From Bdellovibrionales bacterium (GTDB lineage: Bacteria > Bdellovibrionota > Bdellovibrionia > Bdellovibrionales > UBA1609): 64,000 nucleotides of DNA. The DNA lies in NCBI GenBank assembly GCA_965219095.1, contig CBDCMT010000001.1, positions 448,001 to 512,000 of the forward strand, given 5' to 3'. The stretch's first letter is position 1. Every line of letters begins with the position of its first letter. A program made the translations under genes and the position numbers. The notes under the pieces are model-generated. The model saw only the letters and a program-made list of their open reading frames with translations, was not told the DNA's origin and searched no databases. This document shows positions 10,041 through 20,242 of the stretch, piece by piece.

Positions 10041-12787
10041 AATTTTTGTATAGAAAACTTATTTTTTTGTGTACAGCTATTTCTGGTTTTGTAAGCCTTA
10101 TCGACCAAGTTGTTTGGCAGCGCTATTTGGCGATTTTAGTAGGGAGTGAGGCACGTTCTTTAAGTTTAGTTGTAGCTGTGTTTCTTTTAGGTTTGGCTGC
10201 AGGTTATCAATTTTTTGGCTCCATCACAGAAAAGCAGTCGAAAAGGACACGGTATTCTCTTATGAAGTTCTATGGTTATATGGAGCTTCTGATTGCTGTC
10301 TATGCTGTTTTGTTTCCCTCTTTTTTTAAAGTTTTGAAAACCATAAGCTTCAATACTCACAGTCATTTGGCCTTTGATTTTCTTATCTCTTTAGGTGTGC
10401 TTTTTACTCCTACATTTCTTATGGGAGCTTCTATACCTCTTCTAACTATGTTGATTCCTGAGAACACAAAAGAAGTCAGCTTATGTCATGCTAAGATTTA
10501 TGGTTGGAACACTGTGGGAGCTTGCCTAGGCGTTCTTGCAGGAGGCTTTTACCTTATCCCTTCTTTTGGGCTTCCGCTTACTCTTTATATAAGTGGATTC
10601 TTAAACCTCTTCATAGCAATTGTCTTTATGGCAAACCCCTTGAAAGGTTTTGTGCAAAAAAAAGATGAGTTAACGAACATTACAAACCCTCTGTCTCAAA
10701 CATTTCTCTATAGTTTTGTTTTTCTTACAGGTGCTCTTATTATTGGTTTTGAGATCATCTTTGTTCGTATTTTAAACTTAACTCTAGGAACTCATCCTTA
10801 TAACTTCACTCTTGTTTTGTTTGCTGTGATTTTAGGTTTAGGCACAGGAAGCTTATTTGTAAATACAAAAAAACTCAATGTCTTAGGATTTATTAAAAAA
10901 ACTTTAGGAGCCTTATTTTGTCTTTTTCTTGTTTACATGACTGTTCCGTATTGGCCCTCTTGGTTAAGCACTCTTCGAGTGAGCTTGACAAGCATTCCTT
11001 CAAATTATCATGTGTTTTTAGCTTTTAGTTTAATTTTCTGTGTTTTATTTTTAAGCATCCCTATGTTTCTTCTAGGGCAGCTTCTTCCTATGGCCTACGC
11101 TCTCCTTTATAAAACAAAACAAAATTATGGTCTTGTTTGCGGAAGACTTTATTTTTTCAATACCTTGGGAACTGTGCTGGGAGCTGTGGTTTTAGGATAT
11201 CTAAGCTTTTCTTTATGGAACTTAGATGTGATTTTAAAGGCTAGCCTTGTACTTTTGTCTCTGCTCTCTGTATTTGCCGTTTTTTCTGTGAGAAAGCAAG
11301 CCTATTCCCTCCTTGGTTTGGCTTTGATTTTTCTCATGGTTTTTCTTATCCTGCCTCTTTGGGATAGACAGTCTCATAAAATGGGTATCTTTCGTCAAAG
11401 ACAAGCGACAAGTCAATATTTTAAGGGATTTTTTCATATTATAAATACTTTAAACAAGAATAAAGTTGTCTTTTTTGAAGACGGTCCTCAAGCCACAATC
11501 ACAGTGACTGAAAGAAAAAGATTTCATGATAAGAACGCCTATGAACTTCTTAAGAGAAAGGAAGAATCTTTCTCTCATATTGGTTTATCTTGGATTGAAG
11601 CCAAACCTCAATTTAAAGACTATAGTTTAACAGTAAATGGAAAGTCAGACGGAAACACAATTTTCGATTTTAGCACAACCTACTGGCTTGCTGTTTTACC
11701 TTACTTACTGTCAGATCATCACAATCACAATCTCAAGGTTGCAAACATTGGTTTAGGAGCAGGTGTTACAGCAGGAGTTTTTGGTCGTCTTTCAGAGGTT
11801 AAAGACGTTACAGTTCTTGAGATTTCTCAAAAAGTGATCAAAGGAATGAGTTGGATTAAAAACAACTTTGATCCTCTCAACAACCCTAAAGTAAAAATTG
11901 TCAAACAGGATGCATTTAAATTTTTTACTCGATCACAAGAAAAATTTGATATCATTAGTTCTGAACCCAGCAACCCTTGGGTCATAGGGGTTGAGAATCT
12001 TTTCACACAAGAATTCTATGAAATGGCAGTTCAGTCATTAAACCCTGAAGGTCTTTTTGCACAGTGGTTTCATGCTTATTCAAGTGATCCTAAGATGTTC
12101 TTAATGATTTTTCAAAATCTTGTAGATGTTTTTGGTCATGTGAAAATGTACAAAATTGGAGTTATGGACTATTTATTTTTAGCTTCAAAGAAACCCTTAA
12201 ATCAAAAATCTTTTCAGAACAAGTTTTCTAACAGAAGATTCTCTGAAAACTTTGTTAAAATACTTTCGAAAGACCTCTTAGGAGTTCAAAGAGCTAAAGA
12301 CATTGAGCTATTTAGAGTCTTAGGGACTTCAGCTATTAGATGGAGTACTTTGATTCATGGTTTTAAAGAACATAGTCTGGAGTTTCCCAATCTTTCTTTT
12401 TTAGCATATAAAAACTTTTTTCTAGGTACAAAAGTCAATCCCTATCATATTGTGCCTGATAGCATAAAAAGGAAGGCTTTGTCTGTAGGCAAAGGAGAGC
12501 TATTCGAATTTTATACTAAAAATTACAATAAGAATTCTGTAAAAGATCTTTGTTATCCAAGTATAGGAACTAATATGTTTTGTAGTCAACTTTCTTGGTA
12601 TGAAGATTATAAAAATCAAAAATTAGATATTAAAAACCGATTTTCAGCATACATTTCCTTAAGGGACTTAAAGCTTATTCCAAAAGATTCCTCTTTGTTA
12701 TCAGACGTTAGAAAAGAAATAAAAAAAGGAATTAAAGCCCTCCCAAAAAGACATCTTTCTTCAGATTTTCTTTCTCTTCAAGGTTGA
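10031..12787 (+). CDS. Fused multi-TM membrane domain / spermidine synthase-like SAM-binding protein; likely start TTG 10046, C-terminus probably extends to 13083
   Basis: Many TM segments, VNGKSDG, IGLGAGVT, FDIISSEPSNPW, LFTQEFY motifs; the 3' end is disrupted by a local duplication. Confidence 0.85.
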   Translation: MRRQFLYRKLIFLCTAISGFVSLIDQVVWQRYLAILVGSEARSLSLVVAVFLLGLAAGYQFFGSITEKQSKRTRYSLMKFYGYMELLIAVYAVLFPSFFKVLKTISFNTHSHLAFDFLISLGVLFTPTFLMGASIPLLTMLIPENTKEVSLCHAKIYGWNTVGACLGVLAGGFYLIPSFGLPLTLYISGFLNLFIAIVFMANPLKGFVQKKDELTNITNPLSQTFLYSFVFLTGALIIGFEIIFVRILNLTLGTHPYNFTLVLFAVILGLGTGSLFVNTKKLNVLGFIKKTLGALFCLFLVYMTVPYWPSWLSTLRVSLTSIPSNYHVFLAFSLIFCVLFLSIPMFLLGQLLPMAYALLYKTKQNYGLVCGRLYFFNTLGTVLGAVVLGYLSFSLWNLDVILKASLVLLSLLSVFAVFSVRKQAYSLLGLALIFLMVFLILPLWDRQSHKMGIFRQRQATSQYFKGFFHIINTLNKNKVVFFEDGPQATITVTERKRFHDKNAYELLKRKEESFSHIGLSWIEAKPQFKDYSLTVNGKSDGNTIFDFSTTYWLAVLPYLLSDHHNHNLKVANIGLGAGVTAGVFGRLSEVKDVTVLEISQKVIKGMSWIKNNFDPLNNPKVKIVKQDAFKFFTRSQEKFDIISSEPSNPWVIGVENLFTQEFYEMAVQSLNPEGLFAQWFHAYSSDPKMFLMIFQNLVDVFGHVKMYKIGVMDYLFLASKKPLNQKSFQNKFSNRRFSENFVKILSKDLLGVQRAKDIELFRVLGTSAIRWSTLIHGFKEHSLEFPNLSFLAYKNFFLGTKVNPYHIVPDSIKRKALSVGKGELFEFYTKNYNKNSVKDLCYPSIGTNMFCSQLSWYEDYKNQKLDIKNRFSAYISLRDLKLIPKDSSLLSDVRKEIKKGIKALPKRHLSSDFLSLQG

Positions 12788-12916
12788 ATCTTTCTCAGAT
12801 CCTAAACTTAATTTTTCTTTGATCAATTGTAAAAAAAGGAATTAAAGCCCTCCCAAAAAGACATCTTTCTTCAGAGGTTGAACTTTCTGATCCTAAACTA
12901 ATTTTTCTGAAATTGT
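12720..12916 (+). repeat. Imperfect tandem duplication (offset 110 bp) in the 3' end of the fusion gene
   Basis: TAAAAAAAGGAATTAAAGCCCTCCCAAAAAGACATCTTTCTTCAGA at 12720 and 12830; the first copy is otherwise indel-rich. Confidence 0.9.
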
Positions 12917-13078
12917 ATTTAATTAATAGCCTACGTGATTTTAGGGGAGAGGAGGCCAAACAATATTTGCGGTCTTTCAAATCATTTCTTTCCTCTCAAA
13001 CCTATGAAAAACTTAGCTCAAGCATTTTAAATGCTCTGAAAAAACAAAATATACTGATTGCACTTCAAAATCCACATC

Positions 13079-13154
13079 TATAGTGCTTCCGTTTAGGTTT
13101 TCAGGTTCCTAAGATGGAGAAGTTATCAAAGTTTCTAATTTAGGCCTGTGTTTT
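13079..13154 (-). mobile_element. IS630 species B terminal fragment
   Basis: TATAGTGCTTCCGTTTAGGTTTTCAGG is identical to the ends at 19102 and 28884. Confidence 0.88.
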
Positions 13155-13709
13155 CCTGAGTTCGCCCTCAAGAAAGGATTAAATTTATAACTATTTGATT
13201 TCATTGGTATTTTTTTGCTTGACAACATAGTATGTCTTTAGTATGTTCATATTTATAGGGGGGGGATTATGTACATAACAAGTCCTAAACGCAAAAACGG
13301 TAGCACAGTGGTTCGTCTTGTGGAATCTTTTTGGAAAGAAGGCAAAGTAAAGAATCGCATTATCAAAACCATAGGACAATCTAAAGATTCCAAGATCGTA
13401 GAGAAATACAAACAAGAAGCTAAAAAGCTTCTTGAACAACATAAAAAGGGTCTTCTTTCACTTTCAAGCCTTTCAGAAAAGATTCCTATTGATCTCCTAC
13501 GTTTCCAAGGTGAGAGAAGACATAACCATGGTTTTGAGGACATTTTCGGAACAGCATGGGAGGATTTAGGTTTTAAAGATTTAATAGAAACTGGAAGAAA
13601 AAAAGAGGCTATAAACCAAGTACTCCGTGAGGTGGTTTTTATGAGAGTTTTCTCTCCTTCAAGCAAGCTAAGAAGCTGTTCTCTAATAGAGAAGTTCTTT
13701 AGTAAACAA
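13155..13709 (+). pseudogene. Truncated IS1634-family element (left end plus transposase N-terminus from 13269)
   Basis: CCTGAGTTCG terminus; VVRLVESFWKEGKVKNRIIKTIG is an IS1634-type N-terminus; cut by the next IS. Confidence 0.78.
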
Positions 13710-15401
13710 CCCAAATTCCACGCTAAAAATGATCACTACTGGTTTTCATTTCTCTGAGAAGTTTTTTGTCAATAGCCTTTATGATATTTTCTTGAATTTT
13801 GCTTAGAGCAACTGTTCGAGACATTTGAATTTTTTTCTTTTTATCAGAAAAATAAACTTTGTACAGGTTCTCTAGCTCTTTTAATGCTTGAATTGGCGAA
13901 ATATCCAAATTGTAGAGATGCAACTTTAATACGGAAAGCAGAAGATAAGATAAATAACAAATAAAAACATGAGCCACTACTCTGTTGCAAAGCCAGTGTC
14001 GCACAGGATTTAAATTTGTAACTCCTTTTAAAATTCTGAAAGCTCTTTCTACGACATCTTTATCAAAATAAAATTTGACCATATCTTTACCAGAAATATT
14101 CTTTGTAGAAAATATACAGGAGTACCCATCAAATTCTTCTGCTTTTTTCAGTTCCCGATCCTTGATCTTTCCTGTGGGAGTTAGATATTTTTTCAGCCCC
14201 TCCTTAATGGACTTGTTTTGAGATAGACAGTTTTGAGCAGCAACTATCTCATCATATCTCGCCTCTCGAATTGCATCCTTTCTTTTATGGTTGTAGCAGA
14301 TTGCCAGTTTTCCTTTAACTTGGCCAAATGTATAATTCATGCTTTTAACGTAAAAAGTATTCTTGTTCAAAATTACCCTATTTGAAACGTTTACTATAGA
14401 ACCGGACTTTAAAAAATTTCGTACTGTCTTCTTCTCAACCTCTCTCATAGGAATTCCGCACAATGTATTCCAACCCAATTCCCCTATGTAAGAAAGGTTT
14501 TTAGACGATGCTATACCTCGATCATACACCAATAGGCCAGAACGAAGATTGTATTCTGAAAAACTATTAACAAGTGCCGTCAATGTCCTGCTATCGTGAA
14601 TGTTACCCTTAAAGGTCTTGTGAAAAACAGGAATCCCTTCTTCTTGAGTTACAGCAAGACCTATCTGAATCAGAGGACTCTTCCTTTTCCCATCTTTGCT
14701 GTACCCTGGGTTACCTAGTTGACATTTACTTCCATAAAAATAAGTGTTAGTAACATCATAGACAATTTTATTAGATGATAACTTGTATTCTTTTTTAACA
14801 TTTTCAAAAATACGTTTCTGCAAAGATGGAGCCTTGGATTCGTTAAGCTGATCGAGAGCTGAAAAAAGCCTTCTTTCAGTCAGCCCATCTAAGTTTAAAA
14901 TGCTGTTTAAATCTGTTCGTTCATACCATGATGGCATATTATTGACGCTTCTGTAATCCAAGCAATGAGCATAGACCATACTTAGTATTTCATCTGAATA
15001 ATTGCCAAGAACTTCGGGAAGACCAACTTTTTTTGCAAGGGCATGAAGAACAATCAAGGGACCACTGATCTTAACTTTATCGAATTGAATGTTCTCGGAA
15101 GATATAGAGATAACACGCTTATGATTCACTTCCTTTCCAAGATATCTCAAGTACTTCTGTACGACCTTGCCCTTGACCCGGACATTTTTCACCTCTGCTA
15201 AATAAGTGCTGCCTCCTCTTTTAATCTTCTTTATAAAACTCATAGTAGTTACCATTATGGTAACTACTTAAAAATAGAAGGGCAAGAGCTTTTCAGAGAA
15301 AAAAAGGGCAATAACCCCATTTTTACTGGAAAACTTCCATCTTATGGAACTTATCTTACTGTTAGAGCAATGTAGTGATCATTTTTAGCGTGGAATTTAG
15401 G
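13710..15401 (-). mobile_element. IS1634-family element
   Basis: 30-bp IRs CCCAAATTCCACGCTAAAAATGATCACTAC and GTAGTGATCATTTTTAGCGTGGAATTTAGG; no matching TSD. Confidence 0.9.
13723..15255 (-). CDS. IS1634-family transposase, intact
   Basis: YDVTNTYF, GYSKDG, FKGNIHD, YDRG, VERAFRILKG, AHVFICYL. Confidence 0.9.
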   Translation of the reverse strand: MVTTMSFIKKIKRGGSTYLAEVKNVRVKGKVVQKYLRYLGKEVNHKRVISISSENIQFDKVKISGPLIVLHALAKKVGLPEVLGNYSDEILSMVYAHCLDYRSVNNMPSWYERTDLNSILNLDGLTERRLFSALDQLNESKAPSLQKRIFENVKKEYKLSSNKIVYDVTNTYFYGSKCQLGNPGYSKDGKRKSPLIQIGLAVTQEEGIPVFHKTFKGNIHDSRTLTALVNSFSEYNLRSGLLVYDRGIASSKNLSYIGELGWNTLCGIPMREVEKKTVRNFLKSGSIVNVSNRVILNKNTFYVKSMNYTFGQVKGKLAICYNHKRKDAIREARYDEIVAAQNCLSQNKSIKEGLKKYLTPTGKIKDRELKKAEEFDGYSCIFSTKNISGKDMVKFYFDKDVVERAFRILKGVTNLNPVRHWLCNRVVAHVFICYLSYLLLSVLKLHLYNLDISPIQALKELENLYKVYFSDKKKKIQMSRTVALSKIQENIIKAIDKKLLREMKTSSDHF

Positions 15402-16269
15402 TAATTAACTCTACTACTTGCATAAGTGCTTTTGTCAAAAGTCTGTTTTTAGGATAAACAATTGAAATATTGTACATAGCATCCCAACCTCTAGGAACTT
15501 TAATGGGTTTAATTTTCTTGTGTGCATATTGAATCATAAGGTCCGGCATAAGGCTCCAAGAATTTGATGAGAGCATTTTTCTCAAAGCAATCTCATAACT
15601 ATCAAACATGCAATCCACATGAGGAATTAAATCGAACCTTTTAAATGCAGGATGAGTTTCACAAATTTCAATACCACTAAAAGATTTTGGTAAAACAGCT
15701 GGATATTCTGTAATTCTCTTCAGTTGTACTTTAGAATCCTTGAAAACTGGATGATTTTTCCTTGCAAAAATTAAAAGATCACCCTTTAAAATACGAATCA
15801 TTTCAACATCTGGATGTTCCTGAGGACTAAAACATAAACCCAAGTTATACTCGCCATCCAGTATACCTTTAAGAACTTCGGAAGATCTTCTTGTATAAAT
15901 TTCTGCTGTTATTTTAGAATTTTGATTTTGAATCTGACTCCAAGCTGGAGTTAAAATATGAGAGCAGAGCATATGACTGGCTGCCAATCGATAATGTCCC
16001 GATAAATGAACATGATCTGACGAAACCTCCTCTTTTACTTTCTCTACCTGAGTAAGAATCTCAAAAGCTCTTTTTTTTAAAAGTTCACCATGACTGGTTA
16101 GAAAGATTCTCTTCCCTCTTTTCTTAAAAAGAGCTTGTCCTAACTCCTCTTGCAAACAAGAAAGGCTATGGCTTATAGCACTGGGACTGATAGCTAATAT
16201 CTTTGAGGCCTTTCCAATATGCTCATGTCGTGCTGTTTCCAAAAAATAGCTCAATTGATCTAACTTCAT
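15397..16269 (-). CDS. LysR-family regulator; stop codon supplied by the IS1634 IR
   Basis: N-terminal LysR HTH (QLSYFLETA...ISPSAIS); divergent from rocD. Confidence 0.9.
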   Translation of the reverse strand: MKLDQLSYFLETARHEHIGKASKILAISPSAISHSLSCLQEELGQALFKKRGKRIFLTSHGELLKKRAFEILTQVEKVKEEVSSDHVHLSGHYRLAASHMLCSHILTPAWSQIQNQNSKITAEIYTRRSSEVLKGILDGEYNLGLCFSPQEHPDVEMIRILKGDLLIFARKNHPVFKDSKVQLKRITEYPAVLPKSFSGIEICETHPAFKRFDLIPHVDCMFDSYEIALRKMLSSNSWSLMPDLMIQYAHKKIKPIKVPRGWDAMYNISIVYPKNRLLTKALMQVVELIT

Positions 16270-16358
16270 CGTTCTAATTTATCAAATAACTTCATTGAAA
16301 TCAAATCATTTTACAGAATTTAAAAAACTCTTATACTGAATCAAAAAAGGAGAATACA

Positions 16359-17666
16359 ATGAAGAAAAATGAAAACAAAGTAAAGACAGAAGAAAACCAT
16401 ATAAAAGACTCATCCTATTACATAGAGCTAGAGAATCAATATGGAGCTCATATTTATGATCCCATTCCTGTTGTAATAGATAGAGGACAGGGAGTGTATG
16501 TATGGGACGTAGAAAACAATCGCTATATGGACTGCCTTTCTGGCTATTCTTCACTCAATGTAGGGCACTGCCATCCCCGACTCGTTAAAGTGCTACAAGA
16601 ACAAGCTAGCAAACTAACTCTTACTGCCAGAGCTTTTTATAATTCAGTAGCCGGAAGCTATGAAAAATTCATAACAGAGTTTTTTTCTTATGAAAAAGTG
16701 CTTCCTATGAACACGGGAGCAGAAGCAGTAGAAACAGGCTTAAAGTTATGCCGAAAATGGGGATACCAAAAAAAGAAAATACCTCCTTCTGAAGCAAAAG
16801 TTATTTTTTTTGAATCCAACTTCCATGGAAGAACTTTAGCTGTTATTTCTGCTTCCTCCGATCTCAAGTCCAGAAAAGATTTTGGCCCCTATTTACCCGG
16901 TATAGAAATAATTCCCTATAACAATATTGCAATTTTAGAAAAAGCTCTTCAAGCTCCCGAAGTGGCTGGCATAGTTATAGAGCCGATCCAAGGGGAAGGA
17001 GGGATCGTGATTCCAGAAGACTCTTATTTAAAAAAAGCTTACAAGCTTTGCGAAAAACATAATGTACTCTTCATTGCTGATGAAATACAAACGGGTCTAG
17101 GAAGAACTGGAAAAATGTTAGCTTGCGACCATATAGGGATACATCCTCATATCCTCTTATTAGCAAAAGCCCTGTCGGGAGGAATGCTCCCTATTTCTGC
17201 TGTGCTAGCAGATAGAGAAATTATAGATTGCCTACGACCAGGAGAGCATGGTTCTACCTATGGAGGCAATCCTCTGGCTTGCAGAATAGCCATAGAAACT
17301 CTTCTGCTTCTAAAAGAAGAAAACTTAGTAGAAAATGCAGAAAGAATGGGAAAAATATTTAGAAAAAAAATAGGAGCTTATTCGTATCCATGGATCAAAG
17401 AATTAAGAGGAAGAGGTCTTTTAAATGCTCTAGAAATTGTAGAAGGACCTATCAAAGCCATAGATTTCTGTTTGGAATTAAAAAAAAGAGGCATACTTGC
17501 TATACCTATGCACAAAAATACTGTTCGTTTCTCTCCCCCTTTAATTATAACAGAGGAAGAAATGGAAAATCTGTGTCAATGTATAGGGAACGTTATGCAA
17601 ACTATGCACCAAAAATGGGAACAAGTTAGAAACATAGAAACAACACACTGTAATAGTTTTTCCTGA
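16359..17666 (+). CDS. rocD: Ornithine--oxo-acid aminotransferase
   Basis: Class III PLP motifs MNTGAEAVE, NFHGRT, EPIQGEGG, DEIQTGLGRTG, GEHGSTYGGNP; LTLTARAFY typical of OAT. Confidence 0.9.
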   Translation: MKKNENKVKTEENHIKDSSYYIELENQYGAHIYDPIPVVIDRGQGVYVWDVENNRYMDCLSGYSSLNVGHCHPRLVKVLQEQASKLTLTARAFYNSVAGSYEKFITEFFSYEKVLPMNTGAEAVETGLKLCRKWGYQKKKIPPSEAKVIFFESNFHGRTLAVISASSDLKSRKDFGPYLPGIEIIPYNNIAILEKALQAPEVAGIVIEPIQGEGGIVIPEDSYLKKAYKLCEKHNVLFIADEIQTGLGRTGKMLACDHIGIHPHILLLAKALSGGMLPISAVLADREIIDCLRPGEHGSTYGGNPLACRIAIETLLLLKEENLVENAERMGKIFRKKIGAYSYPWIKELRGRGLLNALEIVEGPIKAIDFCLELKKRGILAIPMHKNTVRFSPPLIITEEEMENLCQCIGNVMQTMHQKWEQVRNIETTHCNSFS

Positions 17667-17704
17667 ATTAACCCAAATCCCCTAAATAAAAACTCAATAT
17701 TTAG

Positions 17705-17727
17705 AAGAGTTATACCTTATAACTCTT
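17705..17727. terminator. Hairpin between convergent rocD and DUF805 genes
   Basis: AAGAGTTATA-CCT-TATAACTCTT. Confidence 0.45.
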
Positions 17728-17800
17728 TCTTATATGAACTCCTCTTTGATTGGCAAAAATTTTGTGTAGAAGCATATCTATATTGAGAAAAAGAAAATCT

Positions 17801-18604
17801 TTAATTAAACGCACCCATTGCTTCAAATTTTTTTCTATTTTCTTTGCGAAGTTTACTTGGTATACCAACAGCTTTATTTACAGATAGTACAATTTTATGA
17901 AAATTCCTATCCTCAGAAATGACTTTTATAACATTTAAAACCTTTTCATCAGAGGTAATAACTTTAATTTGGTTGATTCCTATTTTATCAATATGGTCTT
18001 TCATGCTATAATCAATAAAGATTCGATCTTCTGTAAGAAAGCTTCCAAGCGCAGTTTTTTTTCCTATTTTTACAATGACAAGGGACTCAATTTTTAAAGT
18101 TTTTCTAAAGGGTTTGGGAAGTTGGGATATGAACTGTTTAAGCTCTTTCGTACTTCCGGGTGGTTGATTTTTTTCTTCCATAACAAAGGCAGAGTACACA
18201 GAGCCACATATGGTAAAGGCAATAGATAAATAAAAAAGCCCTCTTGAAACTTCAAAATCATCAGTCTCTCCAAACTCATTAGATCCTTTATCTCCTTGTT
18301 TAAATGCCATATAGATCCAAAAAAAGCCACCTAAAATGGGAACGAAAAAAAGTAGAGAAAACCAACCACTCATATTAATATCATGCAATCTTTTTATAGT
18401 AAGCATTAGACTAAAAATAGTAAAAACAGCTAAAATAATAAGAAATTTTACAGATAATAAGGCAGGCGTCGTGAAAGGAATTGTTTTTAAAATAATTAAA
18501 AAAATGAGAATAAGAGCAGCTATGCCCACAAAATACATTTGAGAAGAGATTCTTCCTTTAAAAGATAGGTAAAGGTTCTTTATATCCTCTAGTGTAATAC
18601 CCAT
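17801..18604 (-). CDS. DUF805 membrane protein with C-terminal extension
   Basis: SFKGRISS, IKRLHDINMSGW, GDKGSNEFG motifs. Confidence 0.85.
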   Translation of the reverse strand: MGITLEDIKNLYLSFKGRISSQMYFVGIAALILIFLIILKTIPFTTPALLSVKFLIILAVFTIFSLMLTIKRLHDINMSGWFSLLFFVPILGGFFWIYMAFKQGDKGSNEFGETDDFEVSRGLFYLSIAFTICGSVYSAFVMEEKNQPPGSTKELKQFISQLPKPFRKTLKIESLVIVKIGKKTALGSFLTEDRIFIDYSMKDHIDKIGINQIKVITSDEKVLNVIKVISEDRNFHKIVLSVNKAVGIPSKLRKENRKKFEAMGAFN

Positions 18605-18859
18605 GTTATTCCTTATAAAGGATTAAAAATTTTTGTGATTCATTTATCATTTTTTAAGTTTAAATTAAATTCATTTTTAGTAAAGCCTTCATAAAGAAAA
18701 CTGGGCTTTTGACTTACTCCTGCAACTTACCTCAATCGGAGGGTTACCGGATTCTTTTTTCCTTTCTCCGATAAATCATCTATGAAAAAGAAACTTGCTT
18801 TCGCATTCTTTCACGAATGGCGACTTAAGAAGATTTTTTGCGAAAAAAATTGGATCCCT

Positions 18860-19101
18860 GAAGAATGTAAAAAAGCAAATGAAGGGATTTGTCCCTATAC
18901 AGGACAAAAGATAAGTGGAGGTGAAATAGATCATATATTGCCTAGAAGATCTAAGTATGGAACCATTAATGATGAAGCTAATTTAATATATTCGAGTAAA
19001 GTTGGCAATCAACACAAATCCAACAATTTCGTAAGTTTTGATAGTGGAATACACTTAGAGTACATGAAAAAAATATTTAGCACAAATGATCCCAAGCGAT
19101 A
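18860..19101 (+). pseudogene. HNH nuclease fragment resembling type II-B Cas9
   Basis: GICPYTG...GEIDHILPRRSKYGTINDEANLIYSSKVGNQHKSN; cut at 19102 by IS630-B. Confidence 0.7.
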
Positions 19102-20242
19102 TATAGTGCTTCCGTTTAGGTTTTCAGGTTCCTAAGATGGAGAAGTTATCAGTTATCAAAGTTTCTAATTTAGGCCTGTGGTTTCGTATTCCTCTAAAAA
19201 ATTGACTTAAACTTCCCTTGAAATCGTCATAGTTTTCATAATATCGATTCGCCGTGACCTCTTTTTTCATAAACTTCCAAAGTCTTTCTATAGGATTTAA
19301 ATTCGGTGAGTACGGAGGAAGATAAACAAGTTTTATATTCAACTCTTTCGCTAACTTCTTGACAGACTTCGATCTATTGTATCCGGCCCCATCTAAGATA
19401 AGATGAATCTCTTTTTCATCGGGATGCTTCTTGCGAATATGATGGAGCATATCACATATGGAAACATGGTTAACTGTCTTATAACTCCTGACTACCGTCT
19501 TCAAACTATTGATCTCAATAGCTCCACAAACATTCACTCTTTTTCTCCAGCCTGAATTGGTCTTCACTTCAAACTTCTTACCCTCTCTTATCCAACCATA
19601 TGAAATCGTAGGGCCCCACTCAGGATGTGTGGAATCAGCAAAGTAAACAGGACCGTCTTTCTTCTTAATTCTCTTGTATTTACGCACAAACTTTTTCTGC
19701 TCTTCTCTCTTTGCCTTACCCGGTATCGCTGTGGCTTTTTTATAAGAAAAACCAAGGCGATGGAGAAGATCAATTACACCACTTGTTAAAGTACGTAACA
19801 CCAAAATTCTCCTCAATGAACTGGATAACAGATTGTGATGATGGAAAAATTCTTTTTTCTAACTCCTTTAAAAGCATTTTCTCCTCTTTCTTAGTTAAAA
19901 AGGACCTTTTAGGGTTGTAATTGTCGTTGATTAAGCACTCTATCCCACCTTTGTTATAACGATCTCTACAGGCTCTTATCGTGCCCTCATCAATGAAAAG
20001 AAAACGGGAAATATCTTTACACAACTCACCTTTATCTAAATGGAGAATTGTCATAATCCTTTTTACGTATTTAATATTTTTCTCTAGAGATAGTTCATAG
20101 AGTAAATCTTTTCGCTCTTTTTTTGATAGAAACCCTGACATATGAAACTATTTTTAAAAATAAATGACTTTTTATCAAGGCCTTAGAATAAAAACTAGAC
20201 CTCAACTCAAAAAAAACGGAAAACCTAAGCGGAAGCACTATA
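19102..20242 (-). mobile_element. IS630 species B, transposase 19124-20141 frameshifted near 19790
   Basis: TA-TAGTGCTTCCG ... CGGAAGCACTA-TA; FADSTHP, LDGAGY, YSPNLNPIE. Confidence 0.9.

Noticed and set aside
13191..13714. Minus-strand ORFs of 83 and 153 aa
   Set aside because: Antisense shadows of the IS1634 fragment.
18782..18859. N-terminus MKKKLAFAFFHEW of the HNH ORF as a real protein start
   Set aside because: It looks like unrelated, possibly IS-end, sequence fused in frame; I could not assign a family.
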